A stretch of 32,000 nucleotides of DNA from Candidatus Peribacter riflensis (GCA_001430755.1 CP013062.1:1140001-1172000), one strand, 5' to 3'. Counted from the stretch's first letter, positions 1 through 7,995 are shown. Notes: generated by a model not told the origin, from the letters alone. Translations and numbers: made by a program.

Positions 1-52
1 ATCCCTCATTTTTCCATCGCCAATTCTCGCCGCCTTCTGTAGCCTGTGGCGC

Positions 53-676
53 ATGTTCGAGGCATTCGCGCGCTGGCTTGTCGAGACAGTCGGTGCTCTG
101 GGGTACCCCGGCATCTTCGTGCTGATGGCCGTCGAGAGCTCCTTCATTCCGTTTCCGAGCGAGGTCGTGATGATCCCGGCGGGATACCTGGCCAAACAGG
201 GGCAAATGCACATCGGGCTTGCGATTGTGTCGGGAGTCGCCGGGTCCGTTGTGGGGGCGTGGGTGAATTATGCAATCGCGGCGACACTCGGCCGCAAGGC
301 ATTCCTGAAGTACGGCCACTGGTTTCTGGTCTCGTCCGAAAAATTTGAGAAGGCGGAACGGTTCCTGCTCGCGCACGGAGAGATCAGCACATTTGTGGGA
401 CGCCTCATCCCCGTGGTGCGGCAGTACATTTCTTTTCCTGCAGGTCTGGCCAGGATGCCCCTGTGGCGCTTTTCACTCTGGACAGGACTCGGGGCGGGAT
501 TCTGGGTGACGGTACTCGCACTGATCGGCTACGCCGTTGGCGGTAACGAGGAACTGGTGAGGCAGTGGTCGCAGACGGCGACGCTGTGGGTGCTCGGTGG
601 CTGTGCGGTGCTCATCTGGATCTACGTGAAGTGGAATCGCCGCAAGGCACGCCGTTCCGCATCTCCGTTGTCATGA
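53..676 (+). CDS. DedA/SNARE-associated family membrane protein
   Basis: 207-aa ORF. The motifs [29 protein letters not shown] and [16 protein letters not shown] are typical of DedA (PF09335) proteins. It has several hydrophobic helices. Its TGA overlaps the next start (ATGA at 673-676). Confidence 0.85.
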   Translation: MFEAFARWLVETVGALGYPGIFVLMAVESSFIPFPSEVVMIPAGYLAKQGQMHIGLAIVSGVAGSVVGAWVNYAIAATLGRKAFLKYGHWFLVSSEKFEKAERFLLAHGEISTFVGRLIPVVRQYISFPAGLARMPLWRFSLWTGLGAGFWVTVLALIGYAVGGNEELVRQWSQTATLWVLGGCAVLIWIYVKWNRRKARRSASPLS

Positions 677-1452
677 CCGCGCTCGAGGCACTCTTGCTCG
701 GCCTGCTGCAGGGCATCACGGAGCTCCTGCCCATCTCGAGTTCGGGGCACCTCGCTCTGGCGGAGCTGTGGCTTGGAGTGCGCATTCCGCAGGGGCTCCT
801 CGGTTTCGATGTGCTGCTCCACACAGGCTCGCTCCTGGCTCTGGTTCTCTGCTACAGCAAAACATGGCTGCGCGTTCTCCGGTCCCCCTTCATCGCGGAT
901 CGCGCGGGAATGCGAACGCTGCTGTTGCTCATCATCGTCACCATTCCGGCCGGGATCGCAGGGGTCCTGTTCGGGGAAGCACTGGATGCCATGCGTTCTC
1001 TCACGGCACTGGGCGTGGGTTTTCTCGTTTCCGCTTTCGTGCTCCTCGTTGCGGAGCGCATGCCCGGCCAGCGGCCATTCACCTCTCTCACAGTCAGGGA
1101 GGTACTGCTGATCGGCATTGTCCAGGTCTGTGCGCTCCTGCCGAGCGTCTCGCGCTCAGGGGTCACCATTGCGGCTGGGCGCGCATTGAAATTGAAGCGC
1201 ACGGATGCCGTGGATTTCTCTTTTCTCATGGCCGTGCCCGCCATTGCCGGTGCCACACTCTTCGCGGCGGTGCAGCTCGCGAACGGATCCCTGTCGCTTC
1301 CTTCACCCGCGGTGAGCAGTGTCGGATTCCTCGCATCGTTCGGCGCAAGTATTTTTGCAATTCTTGCGCTCAGAGTGTTCGTCCAGCGATTCAGCACCGC
1401 ATGGTTCGCGCTCTATCTGATTCCGCTCGCCGTTCTTCTGCTTGCGCGTTGA
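673..1452 (+). CDS. uppP: undecaprenyl-diphosphate phosphatase (UppP/BacA)
   Basis: Lies within track ORF 565-1452. I moved the start to ATG 673 ([27 protein letters not shown]). The [10 protein letters not shown] and [10 protein letters not shown] motifs are UppP signatures, and the protein is polytopic. Confidence 0.9.
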   Translation: MTALEALLLGLLQGITELLPISSSGHLALAELWLGVRIPQGLLGFDVLLHTGSLLALVLCYSKTWLRVLRSPFIADRAGMRTLLLLIIVTIPAGIAGVLFGEALDAMRSLTALGVGFLVSAFVLLVAERMPGQRPFTSLTVREVLLIGIVQVCALLPSVSRSGVTIAAGRALKLKRTDAVDFSFLMAVPAIAGATLFAAVQLANGSLSLPSPAVSSVGFLASFGASIFAILALRVFVQRFSTAWFALYLIPLAVLLLAR

Positions 1453-1487
1453 GCCGGACGTCACTATGTTTTTCTGCGCAAGCGTAA

Positions 1488-1531
1488 GTGCACACAGTGA
1501 GCCTTGATCTTGTGCACGTCATCAGTACAAT
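1488..1531 (+). promoter_or_regulatory. candidate promoter and operator of the XRE regulator gene
   Basis: TTGATC (1504-1509), 16 nt, then TACAAT (1526-1531). The 7-bp inverted repeat GTGCACA (1488-1494) / TGTGCAC (1511-1517) brackets the -35. Confidence 0.45.
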
Positions 1532-1561
1532 GCGCCCCTACCAACCTTCCTCCTCTCACTC

Positions 1562-1786
1562 ATGTCCTCTGTTGCCCTGAAGAATTGCATCCGCCGCCTC
1601 CGTTTCGAGAAGAACATGACGCAGGAGGAACTGGCGCTGCGCACGGGGGTGAGCCGTCAGACCATCATGTCGATTGAGCGCGGACAGACGAATCCTTCGG
1701 TGCTGCTCGCCTACAAAATCGCCGCGGCCCTCAGTACCTCCGTGGTCGAAGTGTTCCAGATGGAAGGAGCGCTGGCACCGGTTTAA
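1562..1786 (+). CDS. XRE-family helix-turn-helix transcriptional regulator (74 aa)
   Basis: MTQEELALRTGVSRQTIMSIERGQTNPSVLLAYKIAAAL is a canonical Cro/C1-type HTH. A promoter-like TTGATC-16-TACAAT lies upstream. Confidence 0.85.
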   Translation: MSSVALKNCIRRLRFEKNMTQEELALRTGVSRQTIMSIERGQTNPSVLLAYKIAAALSTSVVEVFQMEGALAPV

Positions 1787-1850
1787 GCATGGAAGGACAA
1801 CCTACGGTTTTCCTTCCATGAACCATCCTTTCCCTAAGTGGTGTCGCTCC
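1787..1850 (+). repeat. 64-nt hairpin-containing repeat, copy 1
   Basis: 57/64 identical, ungapped, to the reverse complement of 16037-16100. Contains the hairpin CATGGAAGG (1788-1796) / CCTTCCATG (1812-1820). It starts 1 nt after the XRE stop codon. Confidence 0.8.
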
Positions 1851-1851
1851 A

Positions 1852-1885
1852 GACGGGCGGAGCCCGTCTTCGCGACGGTTTTTTT
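1852..1885 (+). terminator. tandem hairpins plus T7 tract downstream of the XRE gene
   Basis: GACGGGC-GGA-GCCCGTC (1852-1868), then CCGTC-TTCGC-GACGG (1864-1878), followed by TTTTTTT (1879-1885). Confidence 0.55.
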
Positions 1886-1906
1886 GAATTGTGTTACGAT
1901 CTGTTC

Positions 1907-2320
1907 ATGAAGATCGGAGTTATCGGAAGTATGCATTTCACTGAGCGGATGATAGAAGCAAGAGATGCACTCATAGCCAAAGGCCATGATGCCTTTGTGA
2001 CAACGTTGGCTCCTCCATTTGTGGGTCTTTCGGATGAGAAGAAACAAGCACGCAAGATCGAGGATCAGATGGAACGTGATGCCATTCGTGAATTTTGGGG
2101 ACTGATGCAAGGGGCCGATGCAGTGCTGGTGATGAATTTCGATCGTCATGGAATTAAGAATTACATCGGTGGGAATACGCTTCTTGAAATGGGGTTTGCC
2201 CATGTGCTTGGACAGAAGATTTTCCTTTTCAATTCGCTTCCGGACATTCCCTACTATCATTCGGAAATGGTGGCCATGCGGCCAGTAGTGCTCAAAGGGG
2301 ATCTCTCACTCATACACTGA
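1907..2320 (+). CDS. nucleoside 2-deoxyribosyltransferase-like superfamily protein
   Basis: Start moved to ATG 1907 (MKIGVIGSMHF) inside track ORF 1838-2320. The N-terminal beta-strand/Gly motif and GGNTLLEMGFA (catalytic-Glu-type motif DxGxxxExG) resemble the Nuc_deoxyrib_tr/DNPH1 fold. The gene is visibly lower in GC than its neighbours. Confidence 0.6.
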   Translation: MKIGVIGSMHFTERMIEARDALIAKGHDAFVTTLAPPFVGLSDEKKQARKIEDQMERDAIREFWGLMQGADAVLVMNFDRHGIKNYIGGNTLLEMGFAHVLGQKIFLFNSLPDIPYYHSEMVAMRPVVLKGDLSLIH

Positions 2321-4001
2321 GCTTCTTGTACGTTTCTGAAGAGGCTTTTGCATATTGATTGTTTTCCTGTGCCGTTCTTGCATCCTCGATGACGATCTGC
2401 GGGGCCCTTCGCCCGTTCCATGAGTCGATGCCGATTTTGCACACGATGTCGAGTGGCGTTGCAGCGGTATCGATCAGGTGACCCAGGCGCCACCCGATTG
2501 TTTTGATCCCTGCAATGCGGCACTGCAGGTGTGTGCCTTCGTGGCCCACCCGCCGCCGTTGCTCCAGTGAGATTCCTCTCACGAGAAAGAGCGGTTCGGG
2601 ATTTCCCTGCCCGAACGGTTCCAAGTGTTTCAGTTGTTCGCAGAATGTGAGGGTCACGTCGTGTGGCGAGAGGATGGCATCGATGGTGAGGGTGGGCAGC
2701 AGGTCTTCTGCTGTGGTGTGTACGGCGACATCCTGCGAGAGGCGCTGCGTGATCGCTTCCAAATTGCCTGCGGCAAAGGTGCACCCAGCCGCCTGTGCAT
2801 GGCCCCCAAAGCTCGAGAGCAGGTCGCTCACGCGTTCCAGTCCCTCGGTGATGTGATAGGCGCGGGTACTGCGGAGCGAGCCCGTACACTCCCCCTCCCG
2901 CACGGCGCACACGAGGCTGGGGTGCCCCGTGACCTCCGTGAGCTTGCCGGCGATGAGCCCGATCAGTCCTTCGGGCAAGTCCGTTCCCGAAACCGCGAGG
3001 AGCGGAGGGAGGTGCTGCAGATCCTGTGCGCGGGGGTCGACGGGGAGACCGAGTGACTGCCATGCGCGGCCGAACAGACCGCCCGTCAGGTCCTGCCGGT
3101 TGCTATTCAGCTGTTCGAGTGCTGCCAGTGCCTCTCCCCCTTCCAGGAGGGCCGTGAGGGCCGTGAGGGGGTCCTCCATGCGTCCGGCGGCATTGATGCG
3201 CGGGGCTAAGCGGAAGGCGATATCCTGGCTGGTGAGTGCGGATGTGCGCGCGGGGAGAGACTGGACGAAGAGCGCCAGTGGCCCTTCTGTGAGTCCGTTG
3301 AGTGCGGCGAGACCGCGCTGCACGAGGGTGCGATTCATGCCGGTGAGCGGAACGAGATCTGCAATCGTGCCGATGGCAGCGAGCGCGAAATCCGTTTCGT
3401 GGTCTTTCCATTCGTCTGTTCCCTCGAGTGCGCGGATGAGTTGCAGTGCGACGCCGGCTCCGGATGGATGGGGGAGCGGATGCGTGGGGGCGAGTGCCGG
3501 ATGGATCAGTGCCAGCGCCTGCGGCACTTCGGCCGGCAGGTGGTGGTGATCTGTCACGATGACGTCCATGCCACGCTCCTGCGCCGCTGCAATTTCCCGC
3601 AGGGCGGTGATGCCGGTATCGACGGTGAGGAGCAGCGTCACGCCGCGGGCAGCGAGCTCCTCGATCGCGCTGAGCTTGAGTCCGTACCCATCCCGCATGC
3701 GGTGCGGCAGGCGCACGATCGGTTCGATGCCCATCCTACGCAGGCAGCGGACGAGCAGCGCAGCCCCGGTGATGCCGTCGCAGTCATAGTCGCCGAAGAT
3801 ACCCACCGTTTCGTGCGCTCCCCCGGCACGATGCAGTCGCTCGATGGCACGTTGCATATCCGGAAAGACCTGTGGCGGGGGCAGCGGGTGTGAAGATAGA
3901 TCACGCTCTGCGATGAGTCGTGCGGCTATGGCCAACGGCAGGGCATCCGTGCGCCCGGGCAGCACCCAGCGTTTTCCTGTGAGTGACAGCTCGGGTGGCA
4001 T
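2310..4001 (-). CDS. recJ: single-stranded-DNA-specific exonuclease RecJ
   Basis: 563 aa. DHH motifs VGIFGDYDCDGITGAALL and VIVTDHHHLP, with a DHHA1-like C-terminal half. Confidence 0.9.
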   Translation of the reverse strand: MPPELSLTGKRWVLPGRTDALPLAIAARLIAERDLSSHPLPPPQVFPDMQRAIERLHRAGGAHETVGIFGDYDCDGITGAALLVRCLRRMGIEPIVRLPHRMRDGYGLKLSAIEELAARGVTLLLTVDTGITALREIAAAQERGMDVIVTDHHHLPAEVPQALALIHPALAPTHPLPHPSGAGVALQLIRALEGTDEWKDHETDFALAAIGTIADLVPLTGMNRTLVQRGLAALNGLTEGPLALFVQSLPARTSALTSQDIAFRLAPRINAAGRMEDPLTALTALLEGGEALAALEQLNSNRQDLTGGLFGRAWQSLGLPVDPRAQDLQHLPPLLAVSGTDLPEGLIGLIAGKLTEVTGHPSLVCAVREGECTGSLRSTRAYHITEGLERVSDLLSSFGGHAQAAGCTFAAGNLEAITQRLSQDVAVHTTAEDLLPTLTIDAILSPHDVTLTFCEQLKHLEPFGQGNPEPLFLVRGISLEQRRRVGHEGTHLQCRIAGIKTIGWRLGHLIDTAATPLDIVCKIGIDSWNGRRAPQIVIEDARTAQENNQYAKASSETYKKLSV

Positions 4002-4079
4002 GTAGGGAGCGAGCCTAGCAGGCCCTTCCCTCTTCGAAAAGGCACGCAGAAGGATACGTGGCGTTCCTGAAATATCCCC

Positions 4080-4625
4080 TCACTGGTGGGTCACCACCTT
4101 CCCGCGCTTCGCGCGCAGGAGTGTCCAGCCGACTGCGCCGACCATCGTGATAGCGGAGAGAATGCCACCGGCACCGGTCGGCGCGAGCGGAGCACCACCA
4201 TGCAGGGTATCTGCCTGCAATGGCAGCATGCGGCCGCCGTAGAGCACCACCTGTTGGTTGCGTTGCACGCGATCCAGCAGACGGATCGTCTGCAGGAGCC
4301 GCAAGTCCCCTTCATCGAGGGAACCCAGGCCTTCCTCCCCTGCAGCGCCATTCATCTCGGGCGCAGCACCGATTGCAGGATCCTCCATCTCTTCGGACGA
4401 AGATTGTGCTTTGAAGAGAATCTCCTGTTCGCGATCCCGTCTTTCGGCACTCTCGCGTGCCTGGCGATCCACACGCTCTTCGCTCTCACGTCCCGAAGGA
4501 GGGAGGTAGAGTTCTTTCTGCAGCAGCACGTCTTCCGGCGACAGGTACGCCTGTGCAGCGGGAGCCACTGTCAGACTCAGGAGCAGAATGGTTGCGAGGA
4601 GGAGGTGTTTCATTTTCATAAGCAT
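4080..4625 (-). CDS. secreted acidic protein with C-terminal LAPTG cell-wall sorting signal
   Basis: Start taken at MLMKMKHLLLATILLLSLTVAPAAQA (signal peptide with AQA cleavage site); alternative ATGs at 4619 and 4613. The C-terminus PLAPTGAGG-ILSAITMVGAVGWTLL-RAKRGK has the motif / TM helix / basic tail layout of sortase substrates. Confidence 0.6.
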   Translation of the reverse strand: MLMKMKHLLLATILLLSLTVAPAAQAYLSPEDVLLQKELYLPPSGRESEERVDRQARESAERRDREQEILFKAQSSSEEMEDPAIGAAPEMNGAAGEEGLGSLDEGDLRLLQTIRLLDRVQRNQQVVLYGGRMLPLQADTLHGGAPLAPTGAGGILSAITMVGAVGWTLLRAKRGKVVTHQ

Positions 4626-4645
4626 TATACAGGAATTTATGTTTT

Positions 4646-5659
4646 TTAGCAATTGCTGCCTCCGGTCAGCAGGCATTGGTAATACCGGTCGCCATCCGAG
4701 ATGTCATTCCCCACGGTGGACCACTTGCGGGGGTCTGTTTCGTCCGCATCCACGGTGCCGTTGAGGTTCTTGTCCTCGCCGAGAATTTTCGTATTGCGGC
4801 CCGCGCCCAATTTCATCAGTCCGTCGGGCAGCCCGTCACGGTCGGTATCCCACTTGATGGGGTCGGTATCTCCACGATCGAGGTGGCCGTTGTGATTGGC
4901 ATCTTCGATTCCGTCGATGAGACCGTCTCCGTCCGTATCGCGTCTCGTCGGGCTGGAGTGGAGGAAGAAGATCTCCCGTCCGTCCGAAACGCCGTCACCG
5001 TCCGTATCCGCGACGAGAGGGTTGGTGCCGTACTCCCGCTCGACCTGGTCATTGGCTTCGTCGTCGTCAGGATCGAGGCCCATCGCGAGGGGAACCTGTG
5101 TCATGAGATAGCAGATGTTGCCGGCCTCAAAGGACTCCACCTCATGTTCGATGCGGCCTGCAGGCTTTTCGCGCAGTTCATTGAGATCCTCCTCTGTCAG
5201 ATTCGTGGGGATTGAGAATCGGTCACGCAACTGCTTTTCGTAGAGCTCCTGGCGTGCGTCACGCTCCCCTTCCGACAGAAAGACTCTGCCGGGGAGCCTG
5301 TCTCCTGCCACGGCTTTGGCCTGGTCGTAGTCCGGCGGCAGACAGTAGCCCCAGTACCGGATATCCGGGTCGTACGACCCAAGCAGGATGCGGCGCAGGA
5401 TGGGCAGCGTGTCAGAGGGAATCTCGAAAATAACATTGGTATCGGTGGGGATCGTGGCGCCGCTCATGACCATGCGGGGGCTGATGACACGCCAGCGAAC
5501 TTCTTTGCGGTAGGCCGCTGGCAGCAGACGTCCCGTGAGCGGAGCGGAAGTCCCGCCAAAGCCGAGGAATGCATAGCCCACGATCACCAGGCACATGCCG
5601 CCGAGTGACAGGGTCATCCAGCCGAGCAGTTTGGTCGAGAGCGAAGTCTGTAAGGCCAT
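4646..5659 (-). CDS. membrane-anchored protein with thrombospondin type-3-like calcium-binding repeats
   Basis: N-terminal TM helix (LLGWMTLSLGGMCLVIVGYAFLGF). Repeated DTDGDGVSDG, DTDGDGLIDG, DTDRDGLPDG and DADETDP Asp-rich loops in the C-terminal third. Confidence 0.7.
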   Translation of the reverse strand: MALQTSLSTKLLGWMTLSLGGMCLVIVGYAFLGFGGTSAPLTGRLLPAAYRKEVRWRVISPRMVMSGATIPTDTNVIFEIPSDTLPILRRILLGSYDPDIRYWGYCLPPDYDQAKAVAGDRLPGRVFLSEGERDARQELYEKQLRDRFSIPTNLTEEDLNELREKPAGRIEHEVESFEAGNICYLMTQVPLAMGLDPDDDEANDQVEREYGTNPLVADTDGDGVSDGREIFFLHSSPTRRDTDGDGLIDGIEDANHNGHLDRGDTDPIKWDTDRDGLPDGLMKLGAGRNTKILGEDKNLNGTVDADETDPRKWSTVGNDISDGDRYYQCLLTGGSNC

Positions 5660-5732
5660 CTAAGTATTCTACCACAATAAGAGACCCCCATCCACCCTTG
5701 CTTCTTGGCCTCTCCTTCGCAATCCTGACCAG

Positions 5733-6821
5733 GTGCCCAAGGATCTCTATGCCATTCTCGGCCTCAAGCGCGGAGCGACGAAAGAGGAGATCAAGCGTGC
5801 CTACCGCACGCTGAGCAAGGAGCTGCACCCCGATCGCAACAAAGACAGCAAGGAATCGGAGCGGCGGTTCAAAGAAGTGAACGAAGCCTACGAGGTGCTC
5901 AGTGATGAAAAGAAGCGGGCGATGTATGACCAGTTCGGAACGACCGGAGGTCCGGGCGGGGCGGGCGGGGCGGGGTCGGGGCCCTTCGGCGGGTTTGATT
6001 TTTCGGGTTTCAATACGGGTGACCTCGGAGGACTTGGCGATCTCTTCGAGACTTTTTTCGGTGGAGGGGGGGCGCGGCGCGGCAGGCGCGAGCAGCGCGG
6101 ACGTGATCTGCAGATTGAAATCGAAGTGGCGCTCACTGATGTTGTCGAAGGCATCGACCGCTCTCTTCAATTGGAGCGCCAGCGTCCCTGCAAGAAATGC
6201 GGCGGATCCGGGGCCGAGGAGGGAACGAAGCAGGTGACATGTAAAGAGTGCGGGGGAACGGGCGAGATCACGCGCACGACACAGTCATTCTTCGGCACCT
6301 TTCGGCAGGCGGCACAGTGCGAAGCGTGTGGAGGAACCGGCAAGACACACGAACATCCCTGTAAGAATTGCGGCGGGGACGGGAGAGTCCGTTCCCATGA
6401 GCCCGTGACAATCCACATTCCTGCCGGTATGCAGGATGGGCAGACGCTCAGGGTACGTGGCGAGGGCGAAGCGGGGGTGCGTGGCGGGGCTATCGGCGAT
6501 CTCTTCGTCACGGTCCGTATCCGGCCTGATGCAAAGTTTGAGCGCGAGGGCGATGCTATCCGGTCCACAGTCACGATTCCGGTCACCGATTCCCTCCTCG
6601 GCACCGAGGTTCCCGTGCACACCGTGCAGGGATCTGTGACGCTCAGGGTACCCGCAGGTACGCAACCGGGTCAGGTGTTCCGCCTGAAGGGCAAGGGCAT
6701 GCCCGTGCTCAATTCGAGCCGCTTCGGCGATCACTACGTGACGGTGAATGTCGAAATCCCGACGAAGCTCTCAAAGGCGGAGCAGAAGCTCGTCGAAGAG
6801 TGGAAGAAGATGCGGGGATGA
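5733..6821 (+). CDS. dnaJ: molecular chaperone DnaJ
   Basis: GTG start. J domain (YRTLSKELHPDRNK), a G/F-rich linker and four CxxCxGxG zinc-finger motifs (CKKCGGSG, CKECGGTG, CEACGGTG, CKNCGGDG). Confidence 0.93.
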   Translation: MPKDLYAILGLKRGATKEEIKRAYRTLSKELHPDRNKDSKESERRFKEVNEAYEVLSDEKKRAMYDQFGTTGGPGGAGGAGSGPFGGFDFSGFNTGDLGGLGDLFETFFGGGGARRGRREQRGRDLQIEIEVALTDVVEGIDRSLQLERQRPCKKCGGSGAEEGTKQVTCKECGGTGEITRTTQSFFGTFRQAAQCEACGGTGKTHEHPCKNCGGDGRVRSHEPVTIHIPAGMQDGQTLRVRGEGEAGVRGGAIGDLFVTVRIRPDAKFEREGDAIRSTVTIPVTDSLLGTEVPVHTVQGSVTLRVPAGTQPGQVFRLKGKGMPVLNSSRFGDHYVTVNVEIPTKLSKAEQKLVEEWKKMRG

Positions 6822-6838
6822 GCGTCGGAACTGGCCTG

Positions 6839-7396
6839 TCACACATCCAGATTCTCAAATCCCTCTTCACCTTTCTCGGGTTCCGCCATGACCGGTGAGA
6901 GCTCTTCGCCCACGGCGGGTCCTTTCTTGCTCTTCGATCTCAGCACCACCTGCCGGTAGTCACCCTCGCCGATGGATTCTGTGGTGAGATCGCTGAACTG
7001 GGGGTTATTGGCGATGTGCAGGTGCACGATGCGGCGGAAGTACGGGCTCATCGGTGCGAGGGCGACGCGGTTGCCGGTCCTGCGGACGAAATCTGCTTTG
7101 TTCTCGGCCATCTTCTTCACCTTGTCCTCCTGCTCGCGGCGGTAGCCATCCACATCCAGAACGAGGAACGGGCTCTTCTCGAGATTCTCTTTGCTCCGCA
7201 GGATGGACTTGAGCAGATGCTGCACGGAATTGAGTGTCTCGCCGTGCCAGCCGATGAGCCGGCTTGCAGCGGAGGAGGTGATGTCGACGCGCGTGAATCC
7301 TTCTCCTTCTTCCGTATGCACGGTGATCGCATCGAACGGGAGATCGAGGAGCTTCAAGAGCGAGCCTAAGGTGTCTTGAATGAGAGTGGAGTTCAT
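6839..7396 (-). CDS. jag: Jag/KhpB-type RNA-binding protein (KH + R3H domains)
   Basis: Start moved to MNSTLIQDTL. LIGWHGETLNSVQHLL is the KH-like GxxG region, and PMSPYFRRIVHLHI is the R3H motif. Confidence 0.8.
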   Translation of the reverse strand: MNSTLIQDTLGSLLKLLDLPFDAITVHTEEGEGFTRVDITSSAASRLIGWHGETLNSVQHLLKSILRSKENLEKSPFLVLDVDGYRREQEDKVKKMAENKADFVRRTGNRVALAPMSPYFRRIVHLHIANNPQFSDLTTESIGEGDYRQVVLRSKSKKGPAVGEELSPVMAEPEKGEEGFENLDV

Positions 7397-7431
7397 CGGA
7401 AGCGGAGAATAGCGGAGGGGTAGGGATTCGG

Positions 7432-7541
7432 GAATAGGAATTCGGACTTCGGGGAATCTTCGATAGAGTCCCTTGAACAAAAAGCGGCACGCACTTCCTC
7501 ATCAGCCCCGAAGCAGAACCCCAAGGTCCGAATCCCTATTC
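7432..7541. repeat. long imperfect hairpin in the HU-jag intergenic region
   Basis: GAATAGGAATTCGGAC (7432-7447) pairs with GTCCGAATCCCTATTC (7526-7541) at 15/16 positions. The inner stem is TTCGGGG (7448-7454) / CCCCGAA (7506-7512). Confidence 0.55.
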
Positions 7542-7544
7542 CCT

Positions 7545-7569
7545 AAAAGAAAGCCCCCTTACGGAGGCT
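7545..7569 (-). terminator. rho-independent terminator of the HU gene
   Basis: On the minus strand: AGCCUCC-GUAA-GGGGGCU (one G-U pair) followed by UUCUUUU, 26 nt after the HU stop. Confidence 0.7.
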
Positions 7570-7594
7570 CTCTCATCGAAAACCAGATTCGAAT

Positions 7595-7870
7595 TTACCG
7601 GACGGCGTCCTTGAGGGTCTTGCCGGCCTTGAAGGACGGGACCTTCATTGCAGGGATGGAGATCCTCTGCGTGGGGTTCCTCGGATTCACACCCATGCGG
7701 GCTGCACGCTTGGAGACCTTGAAGGTTCCGAAGCCCGTGATCGTCACGGTGTTGCCACGCTTGAGCTCCTTGGTGACGAGCGTGATCAGAGAATCGAGCG
7801 ACGAAGCAGCGGCGCGCTTGGTGATGCCGGCTGCATCCGCGATCGCGTTGATGAGATCCTGCTTGGACAT
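7595..7870 (-). CDS. hup: HU family DNA-binding protein
   Basis: Start moved to MSKQDLINAIA. The 91-aa sequence ...GFGTFKVSKRAARMGVNPRNPTQRISIPAMKVPSFKAGKTLKDAV matches the HU/IHF fold signature. Confidence 0.9.
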   Translation of the reverse strand: MSKQDLINAIADAAGITKRAAASSLDSLITLVTKELKRGNTVTITGFGTFKVSKRAARMGVNPRNPTQRISIPAMKVPSFKAGKTLKDAVR

Positions 7871-7918
7871 AACGGATGGGGGGAGGAGAAATAAATCATC
7901 CTCAGTGTACGGAGAGGA

Positions 7919-7995
7919 ATGGCTTAGGCAAGCCATGGATCAGCCGCGACGTTGGTTTTTGCGCTTAACTTCGTCGGCATGGCTCAGGCAAGCCA
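7919..7995. repeat. two near-identical 17-nt palindromic boxes exactly 60 bp apart, upstream of the HU gene
   Basis: ATGGCTTAGGCAAGCCA (7919-7935; the palindrome continues through T at 7936) and ATGGCTCAGGCAAGCCA (7979-7995). Each is TGGCTY-AGGC-AAGCCA. Confidence 0.6.

Noticed and set aside
5660-5732. Heat-shock control elements (a CIRCE inverted repeat or a sigma-32 CTTGAA/CCCCAT promoter) upstream of the orphan dnaJ.
   Set aside because: No TTAGCACTC-N9-GAGTGCTAA is present. CCCCAT and CTTG strings occur but in the wrong order and spacing for a sigma-32 promoter.
7919-7995. Sigma-54 promoter reading of TGGCTTGCCTAAGCC on the minus strand.
   Set aside because: The GG-to-GC spacing is one nucleotide short of the -24/-12 consensus, and the sequence is a palindrome present twice. 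An operator or hairpin interpretation fits better.
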